From: Octopus sinensis
Taxonomy: Eukaryota
Length of the DNA stretch: 64,000 bases
Reading direction: 5' to 3'
NCBI RefSeq assembly: GCF_006345805.1
Contig: NC_042999.1
Span: 121,892,001-121,956,000, forward strand
Position numbers and translations under genes: made by a program. The notes beneath the pieces were generated by a model. It saw only the letters and a program-made list of their open reading frames with translations, was not told the origin of the DNA and did not search any database. Positions within the stretch are counted from its first letter, which is position 1, and each line of letters starts with the position of its first letter. Shown in pieces: positions 49,501-63,596 of the stretch.

Positions 49501-51730
49501 GAAAACAAATGTGCATTTTATTAAAAGTATAAAGTTAGACATTAATAATTTCTTTGATCTTTATGATGAAGGTCATATCTCTCAACAGCAAAATAGTGAT
49601 ATTCATTTGCATAAATAAATATGTAAAAATAAGAAACTTTTATGAAATATCCAATATTCCTATGCTTTATGAAAAGAATTAATCAATAAATTATATTTTA
49701 CCAGTCCAGTGATTAAATTTCTCTTGTTAATGTTATATGAAATTGATATGATTGCCATAAACTAAAAATAAATTGTTACTTAAGAAGTTCCATCAGCATA
49801 GTATCAAGCAAAATAATTGAAAATGATAAATTTGTGAATGATTGCCTTAGAAAATTTACAGAAATATAGTTTTATGTATCCTCCGAAGTCTAACAGTGGT
49901 TTTGGTATTTTCATACAAAAATATTCTTATTCTATTAATCTTTAGTAAGGACACAAAGGTAATGTTTCTTTATTATATAGTGGAAAAGATGTGTACTGTA
50001 CCAATTGTAATAGCCAGGCATATTGTAATTAGATTATGTAGAATCTATTTTGGAATTTCTTATGTATTTTGCAGTTTAGATGTTGTTGCATTTTTTGGTG
50101 CATATATCTATAAAATAAAGTTTGGAAAATCACACTTTGATTAGAAAATAATTAAATAGAGAAAGAAGACAATGAACTTGGCATACATCTACATTATAGC
50201 TACTGAGTTTAATCTTAACAAACATTCCTTTTGTTATTGACAAAGAATCTTGCTTCCTGTTTTCCCAGGTAGCTGCACTCTTAAAGCTATAATTTCAATC
50301 AAATTACAAGGTTTGTTGAATTGGAACACTTAAGAATAGGAGTTAAAAGATATCTTAAATTTCATTTTCACAATACTCATCCTCTGAAACAATTCTCATT
50401 TATTATCATTCTCTGAAATCTGACCTAGAATAGAATAAAGAATACAATACTGATAATCGTTTCACCCTAGCTGTCTTACATTTACAGGCTCATTTCTTTT
50501 ATATTTTTCGACTGAAATAAAACATCCCTCAACTTTCACATCTTATCAATTCTTGGTGGTATGTTCGTGCTAATTCTTCCTTTTAATTAGATTTTGTAAG
50601 TTGATCCACCCATATTTTATGAATGAAAATGTAGGTGGATTATTCTCACATGTACTACAACTCAAAATTTTCAGTGTCTTATATTTTTAACATGTACTAA
50701 TACACACACACATACACACACACAAGCATTGCAGTTCAAAGAAAGTGTAATAACTTGACAAGCAGAAAAGATATGGTTTGATTCATTTCACTTGTTATCA
50801 ACTTTTTTCTCAAATTGTAATGTTTTCATACACATATTTTGCAATAAATATTTCAACTATTTTCTATGTAATTCATAATTGAATTTTTGTTCTAATCGAA
50901 TTTAGAGTTCTATAAGATAGATTTTAAAAATAAATAAATCGAAAATTACATATGAATGGCAATGTAATCAAAATAATAAAAAAAATTAATAGTGTTTAGT
51001 TTCATGCTACATTTTAAGATGAATTCAAGAAGTACATAATTAAAAAAAAATTTTTACGACCAAAAATTTTATTTTGTCTGAATTATTTATCCACTTTCCA
51101 GTTGTATCACCTAATCACCTTCAATTTCATATTTGTTGATTTTTCTTTTTTTTCTTCTTGACTTAGGATAATATTGTTGTTTTTCTTCAGTTAATGTCCT
51201 TTTGTATCTAATGTTTACTGACCAGTCCAAGCAATTTATATTTCCATCAATTTTATCTTCTTTCATCATTATGTACTATTATGTAAACTGATGTATATAA
51301 TAAGATAGCTCATAGCAAATTCATTTATGTTTTCTTTATATCTTATTACATACAGTGCAGCATTGGATTGTTTTATTTATGAGTTATTTCTAACAATATG
51401 TATTTAACTGAATTTTCTAAAACCTTTTCTGTAGTCTCATTCAGTATTTCTTGCAATTACTTTTATCATATGGTTTGCAAGTCCTCCAAAACAAATAGGT
51501 GAGAGAGAACACAGTATAGGTGACAGAAAAGTAGACAACTGAGTCTAGTAGGTTCAGTGAAAGTGGAATGGGTGCAGAGTTAATGTAGTTGAGGCAAAGT
51601 ATGAAAACAGCAAATCTGGGGGCAAAAGATTGGAATGTGTTTTTGAATATCTTTATACAAATCAGTTAGAAGCCAAACAGAAGCATTTTCTATCAGCGAA
51701 AAGGAAGGCTGGATTTTGTGATGTAGTCTT

Positions 51731-52566
51731 GGCTCTTTGTGGTTTTTGTCACTGTTTACTATTATCTTTAAAAAAAGTCTCTTAATGTATCATATAGATG
51801 TAATTTTTGACACTGAATCCGAATTTGTTATTCATTTACTCCAGAAAAAATTTTGCAAAAATGTTACAGGTGTTCAAAGTTTGATAATTTTCAGAACTTT
51901 CAGCCTAATCAGAAAACAGCATGTTCACTGCCTCTTCCTTCATCAGGAAGGGGGGATCAGCATGTCAAAACATTAAACTAGCTACAGTAAAACGAAAAAC
52001 ATAAAAACATCCATGAGCAAATTAGATATTTAAAAGCTATGAACAAACCAGCAGGAGTTGCTAGAAATAACAGTCAAAACATTGCTTAAAACAGACATTT
52101 ATTTATAAAAAAATTCAAAAACGAAAGTTAGCAATGCACACTAGGATTTTATAAAATAGATTATCTTTCTCATACCTCCATCTCCACATAAACTCACAAA
52201 GATTAGAGTCAACCATGGAATGGTGTGTCCCACACTGGCATTTGTTTTCAGGCTTTAAAGAAGCCCAGGTACTCTCAATTTGTTGATTACAATCAATTTG
52301 GTGGTTACATTCCTTGTGCACATGTGCAGCATTTTTGGTTACTATGGAAACAGAGTTCTTCACCACAGTGATGTGTAAAATACTCACTTCTGATTGGCTA
52401 AAATACCCAAATTTTGCAAATCTTAAAGGCTAATAAATTCTTAATTATGGATTTGTAGGGAAAATGAATTTCATTTTCATAATTAGTATATAAAACTTAA
52501 TCTATATACCAAATTTAAAAACAGTCGGAACAAAATTGTAAACAGTGATGAAAACCACAAAGATCC
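51731..52566 (-). mobile_element. Merlin (IS1595/ISXO2-related) DNA transposon, internally deleted
   Basis: 29-bp imperfect TIRs starting with GG (51731-51759 and 52538-52566). Exact 8-bp TSD GTAGTCTT (51723-51730 and 52567-52574). The remnant QQIESTWASLK..GT..DSNLCEFMWR matches the Merlin transposase C-terminus. Confidence 0.9.
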
Positions 52567-53404
52567 GTAGTCTTTGCTATGAGGGTAATGCACAATTATT
52601 TGGGGGAATCCTCAGTCATGGTGATCCTGAACATTTGTCGTGGCATTGCAGTTTCTAGTTACATGTTGTTCATGTTTAGGGTAGCGTTTACTCGACTGCT
52701 TCCTTGATGTATGTAATGACTGTGTCTGTGCGTTGAAGAAGAAAAGATTGACATGACCCTACAGAAGGATGTGACTGAGCTCCATTATCATGAAGTCAGT
52801 GCAAATCTGATATGAGGGGCCTTGGTTGGATGTAAATGATAACTGGTAGTGGAAGATCAGGAAGGACTGAAGGTTATATCACTTGCACAGCAATGAACAT
52901 AACCGAAGATGAATGTAAGTCAGTTGCTGATGTGTAAATGAAAAAATGTCAGATACAGAACTGAGTCTCAATGAATACCAGGCTTGATTGTGTGTGTCAG
53001 CTCATGAAACGGTGGTGCAATCGCTGGCTCAGGGACCACTAGTTTCATTAAAACTGTACTGTTGATTACTAAGTAGGGAGTCGAGTTAAAGGTGACAGAG
53101 AATATGGTTGTATGGTTAATGAACTCTCTCCATCACTGTAGAGATTATGTGTGTGTGATAGGTCAATAATTAATGTTGGCTGGTGAATTACACTTCTTCA
53201 AAAAAGTTGGATACACTGTAGTATTATAGCAAACACGGAAATATATCTAGATAGATAGATAGATAGAGAGAGATAGAGAGAGAGAGAGAGACTAGCATGA
53301 TTTTGAGGGGAATGAAAAAGATATTGTCAGGAACAGTGGCCTTATTGGCTTGAAGCTATTGAAAGTACTTATGTATTTGGCCTAAAGGTAGTATTATTAA
53401 TTCA

Positions 53405-53580
53405 GACACGTTTTTTTCCCCTCCAGTTTTTCTCTCTCCAACTGTCTTCCGTTCTCATTTCTTTCTGCAGAAGAGTGTAGATTTGAAATGTCAGAGACTT
53501 CTTCCAGTTTTTTCTGAGTTTCAAACTAATAAACCCTGTTTGTTGTTCTTTCACTTGGCTTCATTTTTTGTAATTTTGGG
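53405..53580 (+). mobile_element. PLE terminal repeat fragment related to 8288-8417
   Basis: CTTTCTGCAGAAGAGTGTAGATTTGAAATGTCAGAGAC..AAACTAAT..TGTTTGTTGTTC. Confidence 0.6.
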
Positions 53581-53596
53581 AGGATAGTTTTGAACC

Positions 53597-53628
<32 letters not shown>

Positions 53629-55145
53629 AAGTATTCATGAACCTAGTGAAGAAAAAGAGAGATGATTTTGGAAGAGTCTTACCTTCTATATGTAATGTGA
53701 AGTTTGCTATTTCTTTTTGATTATCATTTCCATGTCTTATTGATTTTCATGTCCTTATTGCTGCTGACTACTGACTGTTTTCTTCTGTTAACCCTTGAGA
53801 TTTAGTTGTGTCACAATTTCTTGTTGAGTAGGTGTTTTTCATTTTGAAAATATTCAGTATTTATCTTTTTCCATTTGATTATAATTATTTCGTTAATTTT
53901 CCAAATATCTTCTGTTGTGTTAGTTTAATGTTGTTTTAGGTTTTATGGTTGGACACACATTTTGTCACAGGGTATATATCTTTTCTATATCATTCCATAT
54001 TGAATTTCATTAGGATGCAAATAATACCTTGGTGATCCTTTTTTTTAACTTAATGGCACACTGTAAATTTGTTTTCCTCGGAGAGTTTCTGCATGTAGTC
54101 TCTTTATATTCCCAAATCTATATGGATTATATTGCCATTAAAAGTTGGCACAGTTATAATTTATGTTCTAATAGCATGTTAGTTATAATCTTCCTCTGAA
54201 GTTTCTAGGAATTTTCCAAGTTTTTAATATGTCTAGTTGATATTTTATCATATAGTTATGAGAAGCTTCATGTTTAAAAGACAGAAATCTGGTGTTGGTA
54301 CTTCCAAGAATAAAATCATTTTATAAATCTGTTATCTGCATATTAATAAGAAAAGAGAATATTACTATGCCTTCAGTTGGTTGAAGATACAGAAAACTAT
54401 ATGTATTTTGAGTTAGACATATATTCATTAGGATTAATTCTTTTCAATGCAAGCTTTATGGAAAAGTAATGTATTTATTATAAAAACAATTTTGTTTGTA
54501 AGATATACTTCCCCGTAAACGATTTTTTTCCATAAATATTATACAGGTTTACCAATATATTTCTGTGTTCTTAAGGTGTGGGAAATATTTTTTTATAAAG
54601 AAATGAATATATATTTTTGTTAAATCAAATATTCAGCATTAGAAGGCTAGATTTTTTTTACATTTTTGTTTATTTGACATTAATGTTTTAGCATTACTGC
54701 TGCTTCTTGTGAAAGTATTCATAACAATAAGAAATAATTGTTTTGAGTATGAGTTCTGAAAGTATTGCTACTGAATTGAGAGGCTAATATGTAAAATGTG
54801 TGCTATGCCAAGAAGAGCTAATTTTTAGATTATGAGCAGTTCCAAAAATCAGCAAGGCGCTTAAAGTTTTAATTTTTCTTATTTATCCAGTGCATCAAAT
54901 ATTACCCATGTCATTGAATTCTCTTGGTATCTCTATCTTGAGGTCTTTGAATTTGGATAGATTTTCAATTTTGTTTTGGACATTTTGTTTATAATAATAT
55001 CAAGATACCTATGAAATTGCTCAGATTTTTCATTTGAATGTAATTAGATTGAGTAACCTTACAGGCATGTGTCACACATAGATAAGAGGGTTGGCTGAAA
55101 AGTTGAAAGGCTGACCAAGATACTCTCATGGAATACGACCAAATA

Positions 55146-55310
55146 GGTGTAGGAGTGGCTGTGTGGTAAGTAGCTTGCTTACCAACCACATGGTTCTGGG
55201 TTCAGTCCCACAGCATGGCACCTTGGGCAAGTAAATTCTACTATAGCTTCAGGCCAATCAAAGCCTTGTGAGTGGATTTGGTAGACGGAAACTGAAAGAA
55301 GCCCAACGTA

Positions 55311-55353
<43 letters not shown>

Positions 55354-55605
55354 ATATATATATATATATGTGTGTGTGTATGTGTGCATATGTTTGTGTG
55401 TCTGTGTTTATCTACCAACATTGCTTCACAACCGATGCTAGTGTGTTTACATCCCCGTAACTTAGCAATTCAGCAAAAGCAACCGATAGAATAAGTACTA
55501 GGCTTACAAAGAATAAGTCCTGGGGTCGATTTGCTCGACTAAAGTTGGTGCTGCAGCATGGCCACGGTCAAATGACTGAAACAAGTAAAAGAGTAAAGAG
55601 TAAAA
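55146..55605 (+). mobile_element. SINE family A, full length
   Basis: Same structure as the other family A copies. Confidence 0.92.
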
Positions 55606-55878
55606 GGTAATGAGGTTTATGTTTTTAACTCGGCTGGCCCTTGGAAATTGCAGGTACAACTCACTTTTGCCAGCTGAGTGGACTGGAGGAAAACCGTGTA
55701 ACAACATGCTGCTGGTTTTCGAACTCATGATCATGAGCCGAATACTCTAGCCTCTAAGCCACACACCAGCAGATACCAGTTGACAATTGCATATCTCCTA
55801 TTGTTACACAAACATACACAGATAACAACATACACACATACACACTCAAACACAGTCACATATTATTACATACACATA

Positions 55879-56047
55879 GGTGTAGGAGTGGGTGTGTGGT
55901 AAGTAGCTTGCTTATGAACCACATTGTTCTGGGTTCAGTCCCACTGCGTGGAACCTTGGGCAAATGTCTCCTGCTATAACCCTAGGCTGACCAAAGCCTT
56001 GTGAGTAAATTTGGTAGACAGAAACTGAAAGAAGCCTATCATATATA

Positions 56048-56102
<55 letters not shown>

Positions 56103-56340
56103 ATGTATATATAAATATGTATGTGTGTTTGTGTGTCTGTGTTTGTCCCTACAACATCGCTTGACAACCGATGCTGGTGTGTTTACGCCCCCCCCCAACT
56201 TAGCGGTTCGGCGAAAGAGATTGATAGAATAAGTCCTAAGCTTACAAAGAATAAGTCCTGGGGTTGATTTGCTCAACTGAAGGCAGTGCTGCAGCATGGC
56301 CACAGTCAAATGACTGAAACAAGTAGAAGAGTAAAAGAGT
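55879..56340 (+). mobile_element. SINE family A, full length
   Basis: Same structure as the other family A copies. Inserted in a CA-rich tract. Confidence 0.92.
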
Positions 56341-56439
56341 ATACATACACACAGTATATTCATTTTATATATAAACATATGCATACATGTATAAGCACAA
56401 ACACACATATGCAGAGATATCAGCAGGCAGTTATAGTTT

Positions 56440-56789
56440 TATATTGTTACACAAACGTACACAGATAACAACTCACACACAGTCTCACGCAGCTATGTGC
56501 ATAGACACAAGCACATACACTGCGTTTCTTACAGTTATGCGCACACACACACAAACACAGTCTCATACAAGTATGCATGCATGTATGTACACAGTCTCAT
56601 ACAGTTACATTAACACACACAAATACATAGTCTCATACAGGTATGCATGTGTGCATGCACACACAGTGTCTCATACAGTCATGTGCACACACACAAACAA
56701 ACACAGTCTCATACAGTTATGCATACACACAGACAAACACACTCGAACACACTGTCTCATACAGTTGCATGTGCACACACACACACACA

Positions 56790-56831
<42 letters not shown>

Positions 56832-56846
56832 AACACACACACACAC
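56440..56846. repeat. Degenerate minisatellite built on ACAGTCTCATACAGTTATGCAC plus (CA)n
   Basis: A GTCTCATACAG-like core recurs about 8 times at roughly 30-50 bp spacing, ending in pure (CA)n. Confidence 0.85.
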
Positions 56847-56989
56847 TGATATCAGCAAACAATCTGCATCATGTTTTCCATTTATTTATTATCTATTGGA
56901 ATGCTAAAATCTTTGTAGTTGAGGGAGGAGGAAGGTGTAGTGACTATAGCAGATTGACACATGAGTCTTACCAAACCAATTTATTAATA

Positions 56990-57805
56990 TAGATATAGTC
57001 TTCCCTTGCAGGCTACACACTTCTTCCACTGGTGTTACAGTGCTTGCATCTCTTTTGTGAAGAAGCTTTCATCCTGTTAGTTTAAAAAGTCATCAACAGC
57101 AGATATGACTGCAATACTGGTTCTCAGCCAAGCGATCTTTCATGAGAATAGAGATGATGATCAACCAGTTCAAAGCCAAGCCACCCACAGCAGTCATTGA
57201 AAGCAAGGACTTGTGAACCGGAGCATTGTCCTAATGAAACAAGACCTCTTTCATCAGTTTTCCTGGGTGCTTGGTCTGGATTGTGTTTCGGGTCAGCAAG
57301 TTGTCATAGTACTTTCTATGAAGGTAGCCAATAAACACAATGCCTTTTGTATCCCAAAAGGTTGAGGTCATTATCTTCACTGCAGATGAAATGACCTTGG
57401 CCTTCTTTGGAGCAGGCGAGGAGGAATGTTACCACGGCATGGATTGTCTTTTTGTCTCTGGCTGAATGTGATGAAACCAACACTCATCCTGAGTTAGGAA
57501 ACATTCAAGAAAACCAACTGGATCTGCCTGAAATAATGTTAGATTTTCTTGTGATGTGGTCAGCCTGTGTAAGTCAATTGCTTGTCATCAATCCCCATGA
57601 GGTGAATGCAACCAATGTTTTCTTCAGTGGTAACAGTTGCAGGACTTCTCTTCTCCTCCTAAATTCAGCTGCCCACTTTTGCACTGTTGATATAGCTGGA
57701 GCATCTTCCCTAATGTAGCAACCATGTCAGCATGAATGTTCTTAATGGGCTAAAAGTTTTTACTACAGGTATTTGATAACACCATGTGGCCAAATTTTGT
57801 TGATT
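56990..57805 (-). pseudogene. Decayed mariner transposase
   Basis: Minus strand: GVIKYL / IHADMVATLG / TVQKWAAEFRR / DECWFHH..ETKRQSMPW / DNAPVHKS / AVDDFLN.QDESFFTK..W.KCV..KGDY-like. Confidence 0.85.
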
Positions 57806-58379
57806 TTGAAGAGAAGTCATTACTAGTTACTTCTTATGTTATCTTCAAACAGTCAGATATCAGCTTACCTGGAAAGAACCAAGTTATCTAGAAAGGAATA
57901 ATTCTGAATAAAAACTAGTTCAGACTATAAGATATCTAGATCATGCAAGAATGGAAAAGTGGAAATGATGATGATGGTGATTTTCACTTTGACATTATGA
58001 TTGCTTTTAAAATTGGACTTATTCTTCATCTCTTCATTTTTGTAGGTTTTGTCTCATCAGTTTCCTTTATATCTAAATACTTGTACAGGTAGTTCATTTT
58101 AGTTCACTAATTTTTATATAAAAATTTAACTTAATATTTTGAGTTTTAATCAGTTCGCTCTAAGAGTAACTGTGGTGCACTCTTAAAATTCTTACATTGA
58201 TTTTGATATTATTACTGAATCCATGTTCAGTTTTAACAGGTTTTCAATCTGCATTTACTTTCTTTTATATGGTTTGAATTATTTGTAAAAGGGAGGTTTT
58301 GTACATTATCCATGGGATTTGTAGGCACTGGGGATTTGCTTCTAGAAGTTTGTTAGCAGAGTCAATGGATTACTGTAGA

Positions 58380-61300
58380 ATTGTAGGGATAAAGACTCTA
58401 ACAAAGAGAGAATGGTTTCTTTCTTTTGAGGTGGGGTGGGGATAGGGATGTTTTTTTTATTGTATCCACTTTATCTTGCAAAGATATTGATATTTTCTGT
58501 TTTAACATGTTGTGATTGATATACATACTTAATATAGGAGATATTTCTTTATGTATAGTCTTTCCACTATTCCAGAATGTTCCAGAATGTTGTAAATATT
58601 TTGGCAATCATACCACACTGTGATTATGATTATGGTTTGTACTTACGTGGTTTTTAATTACTAATTGGTTTACTATTATTGCTTCCTTGAAACCATTCAG
58701 TACTTTTTGTTAAGATTTGTTAAGATATCCTCTGTCAGAGAGAATAGATGTCAGATTTTGCATATTCTTGGTAAACAGTTATTAGTCAATAGGATTTTGA
58801 AGGGGTTGGGTTGAATAAAATTGCATCCCTTTCTAATGATCTCAGGTTTTTATTCCATTCTGGTTAATGTATTATGAATTCATTGACTCTAATTAAGTAG
58901 TTTAACCAGAAATTGACGACATAATCAATTTGCAATAGCATTTCCAAGTTCCCATATAATTATACTTAGATTCTTTTTCATCATGCATCAGTTTTCTTTT
59001 GTAATTTTGACCCAATATTTTCTTATAATATAATTGAATTGAGACTTAAGGGTATACCAAGAATGAGATATTTGGATCATATCCATAGTTTCAGCTGGTC
59101 ATGCTTGGAAATCCAACCAGAAAGTGTAATGACAGTTGCTTCTGGTTTAACCATATGGAGGAGGTGTCTGATAACTCTACTCCCACAAACTTCCCAAGAT
59201 TAGTGGGTGGAGAAGATGGATATATTAACCCGATATAATTTCTACATATTTGTTTCAAATACAAAATTTAATAGAAGTGCTCAAATTTTTTAAAGCATCT
59301 TAGTTTGCATATCATTTCTAGAATAAGTTGTTTAAATTTTTTTCCTTTCCTGAATATCTTCCAGCTTCTTACTGCTGTATTTTCTAAATATAATTCCCAT
59401 TTTTGTCTTTGCTATTTCATGTTCCACCTACTCTGCAAACATTTTCTCTTTGTTGAGTGATAGCTTTTTTCTCTTTTTGTTGATCTCATACTGTATTTTC
59501 ATTCCACTGTATCTTTGAAAGGACTGGGTGAGGAGTGATTTTGATCCAACCCAGTCTTCTTTGATATTTCCATGGCTGCTGAGTAATTTAAGTTATTTAG
59601 CATATTAATATATGGATTTTCTTCTGTGGAAATATTTTCTTGGGGAGCATAGTTGTATTTTGATAATATTTTCTACCTTTTTTGTTGTTTCATTCAGAAG
59701 GTGTTTTCATTGATCCATGGTGATTGATTTTATTATAGTTGGTTCTTTTCCTATTGTGTTTACTGTTTCTGTTTATTGTGTATTGTTTCCTCCTGATTTT
59801 TCCTATTGTGATATATTTTATTATTCTGTTGTTATGTGGGAGAAGAATTATGTTTTTGTTTTGGTTATGAATTCAAATGCTTGTTCCTGAGTGATCATAA
59901 GCTTCAATTTTTATTTTTTCCTTTTGTTTGTTTCTCTCTCTGTGTCTGTTTTAATTCAGTTATAATGACTTGTCGTTTTCATATGCGGACAGTTATATTG
60001 CATTATTTTCTGAGGGATGTGAGGGCTTATCTACTTGTTCTATTTGTCTTATTGTATGGCTTTTCTTGGTTTGTAGGTGCTTTATTGTATGGTAACTTCT
60101 TCTGTTTTATGTAATCTTCATATGAGTTGATTGCAATTTTTTTGTTTCTGAGATAACATTTTTGTTTATATAAATCAGCACACATTAGCTAATTTATCTG
60201 AGTTTACTTATTGTCTAAAATATACATTTCTTTCAACTCCAAATCTCATTTGTTTATGATGCTAGTTTTCACTGTATATAATATAGTTGGGGTGGTGTAT
60301 TTTTAAAACTAACAAATATTTATCCTATTAATCTACGTTCACTTTTAGCTTTCATAACATTCTATGGATATTAGAAGTAAGAAACAGATATTGGAAGGGA
60401 AATGTAAACCTTTGAGCAGATGCTGTTTCTGGTACTCTTTTTGTGAATACTTTGTTGCTTGAACATATGCTAAAGCATTTATCATAAACATCTAGGCTAG
60501 AATGATTAATATTATCATTGCTTGTATTGTTTATTCATAACCATTGTCTTGCATAGCAATGGTTTTCTTCAAAGTTAGTTCATTTTGTTTTGTCTTGATA
60601 TTCAATTTCTGGGAATATCAGGTTGTTGCATATTTTCATATAGAGCTGGTAGAAACAACATTTTTTTTATCATCAGAATTTAGATATCTTTATTTCCAAA
60701 TCCTTATATTTCAATACTTCTTTAAACTCCTCCATAGCGACATTATCATGAAGATAGTAATGTATGTTAATAGACATGATTTATTCTTATTTTATTTAAT
60801 GTGTTGTACAAATGATATAAAAGTTGCATTACAATAATTATCTAATAGTCGGTGAGAGAAAGTAACATTCCTTATTGTTCCAAATCAATGTAATTTATTT
60901 TGTTCCATGCTTTTTACTCATGCAGGTGATTTGACATTATCAAATTCACCTTTAACATATTCAATTATTCATTTCAAAAATCAAAGCTATTTTTGATAGT
61001 TTAAATATCACCGGTTTAGTATAAATTTTTATTTCTTAATAATTGGTTAACTAGGCAAGCAAAAAATTATGGATCTAATAACAAACTTCATAGGCAGTTA
61101 AGTGATTAGATTTTAGGATCTTTATATAAGGAATATATAGTTCACATGTTGTGTGTAAATTCTGTCAAGACCTCTAGGTAGTGCTGTTGGGAAATTTCCC
61201 ATTGCTTCTTGAGCATATATATTTTAAATTTTATGTGAATTTCATTTCATATTCACTGCTAAACTTTGATCTCAATTTCTTCTGAAATGAGTAAATGTAT
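58380..61300 (-). mobile_element. Possible very old L1/Tx1-like LINE remnant
   Basis: Long stretch that is A-rich on the minus strand, with faint RT-like motifs (PRGLD near 61170 and a QGCPLSP-like remnant near 60850-60880). Confidence 0.35.
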
Positions 61301-61719
61301 TGCTTCATTAAAATGAAAATAGTCTGTCATTGCATATATTTATGTTACAAACTTTCTGTTGATGATTTAAAAATATTTTGTTGTGTTTGCCATTTGAAAG
61401 TAAATCAAATTGATGATTTAGAATTTACATTTTCTGTTTAATTTATGAAAGGATACGAGGTTTTTCTTGAATCTTTGTTAAGTTTTGAATGTAAATATAA
61501 ACTTTATTATTAATGACGCCCTTTATCACATCTTTATTAAAGTTGCGATAGGCATTGACAGCAATTATCATAAAATACTTATATGTGTCTTTTAGGTTTG
61601 GTATATTTTGATGAGTTGTCTGGTGTGAATTATGAAATTTTGTTTCAGATTGTTAAGTTCTTGTTAGTATAATAATAATAATAATAATAATTATAATTAT
61701 AATGCTCTATGGTAGAGAG

Positions 61720-62300
61720 ATATAGGGCCTGGATGCAGAAGACATTCAAAGGAATGAAGTGAGTATGCTCTGCTGAATGTGCAATCCCAGTGTACATGTG
61801 TGACAGAGCATTAGTGTTTTGAGGGAAAAGTTGGGCAAAAGAGGAATTGGATACAGTATGCAAGAGAGAAGACTACACTGGTCTAGTCATGTGATATGTA
61901 CAGATGCAGACAGTTGCAACAGAAGTGCTTAAAGTGGATGGAACTTGTGGCAGAGGAAGACTCAGGAAGATATGGGTCAAAGTACTGAAGGCTGATATCA
62001 AGACACTGAGCCTTATGAAGGAGATGACTAAGGACTGAGATATCAAGAAGACTCATCTACCACAGCTAAATCGATACTGGTACTGATCCCACATAAAAAG
62101 CACTCATGTTGGTAACATGTTAAAAGCACCCAGTACACTCTGTGGTGTGGTTGGCGTTAGGATGGGCATCCAGCTGTAGAAACCATTCCAGAACAGACAA
62201 TGGAGCCTGGTGTGTCTCTTGACCTTACCAGCTTCGGTCAAATTACCAGCCTATGCCAGTATGAAAAAAGGATGTTAAATGATGATGATGATGATGATGA
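61720..62300 (+). mobile_element. RTE 3' fragment followed by the RTE-associated repeat and (GAT)n tail
   Basis: RNEVSML / LREKLG / QERRLHW.SHV / GTCGRGRLRKIW, then GGTTGGCGTTAGGATGGGCATCCAGCTGTAGAAACC..(GAT)n. Confidence 0.85.
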
Positions 62301-62649
62301 ATAATGATGATTACTCCTATCACTTTCAACATGTGAGTGTTTGAAGGTGAGAACTTTAAAAAAAAGAAGAAAAAATCAACTTTAAAAATATAAGAAGCTG
62401 AATCTATTTGTGATGGATGTGTGAATGTAATTTGAAATTTGCTATGACGTCACAGTGGGGACATTGCTGATTTAGATTTTGCTTGGGATTGGGAAAATGT
62501 GTCTGTTGATTGCAGGATATAATTCTTCTATGGTTCTGTTTCTTCTACTCAAATTGTTTTGACACATCATGTCACATTTTTTACACCATGCAGATCAATC
62601 TTGGCAATAAATTTCCCAAAGTTTTCCAGAGTGCCTCACAATTCACTGG

Positions 62650-63066
62650 TTTCAAAATTTGGCACATAGCTAGCAATTTTGAGGGAGGAGTAAGTTGATT
62701 ATATCGACCCCAGTGCTCAACTGGTTATTATTTTATTGAGCTTGAAAGGACAAAAGGCAAAGTCAACCTATTCTTTTATTCTTTTACTTGTTTCAGTCAT
62801 TAGACTGTGGCTATGCTGGGGCACCACCTTGGAAAGCTGTGGTGAAACAGTCAGCAGAAGTTTTGCCATTAGCTTCTACCAGAGGTTTCACTCATAAACA
62901 CACACATCACCCGGTCTGAGATTCAAACCCATGATCCTTCAACCGTGAGTTCACTGTTCTAACCACTAGGCCATGTGCCTCCATGTGAAATTTGAACACA
63001 AAATGTAAAAATGGATGAAGTTCCTCCAAACATTTTGATTGTTATGCTAACCATTCTGCCAGCTCA
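62650..63066 (-). mobile_element. Nested SINEs: family B split by a family A tail (62770-62832) and a family C head (62833-62982)
   Basis: Family B sequence resumes at ~62983 after the inserted pieces. Confidence 0.7.
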
Positions 63067-63072
63067 TCACTT

Positions 63073-63105
<33 letters not shown>

Positions 63106-63565
63106 AACAACAACAACAAACTGCTACCTTTGTCTCAGAAATGGCATGTTAGTAAATTCTATATTTTATGGAAGAGAAATATCATATTTTGAACTTTTAT
63201 GCTATGTATATTTGGTACTTAGTCTGTATTGTAAATTTGACCAAATAAATAAATAAATAATATTAAGTATAATATTTAAGATACTTTTATTCACATTCTC
63301 TCCTCATAAATAAATTGGCTTAGCTATAACAAGCTGTGATCTAACTCAATACAATAAAATAAAATAAAATAAAAATAAAATATGTATGATATGAGGTTTC
63401 ATTTACAATATCAAGAAAGTAATGCACATAAAAGATGGATGCTTCAGATACATTCAAAAGAAGTGAACGTTACAGATATACTCAAAGGAGTAAATGTTAC
63501 ATATATAGAGATGAACACAGCATTATACAAGTTTGCTAAGAATGCTTGAGTGTGCTTGTGTGTGC

Positions 63566-63596
<31 letters not shown>

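Noticed and set aside
52575-53200. Possible LINE endonuclease remnant flanking the Merlin element
   Set aside because: I could not recover convincing motifs by eye.
56387-56992. 201-aa ORF and other His/Thr, Tyr/Ile or Val/Cys-rich ORFs
   Set aside because: These are stop-free frames produced by CA, TA and TG microsatellites.
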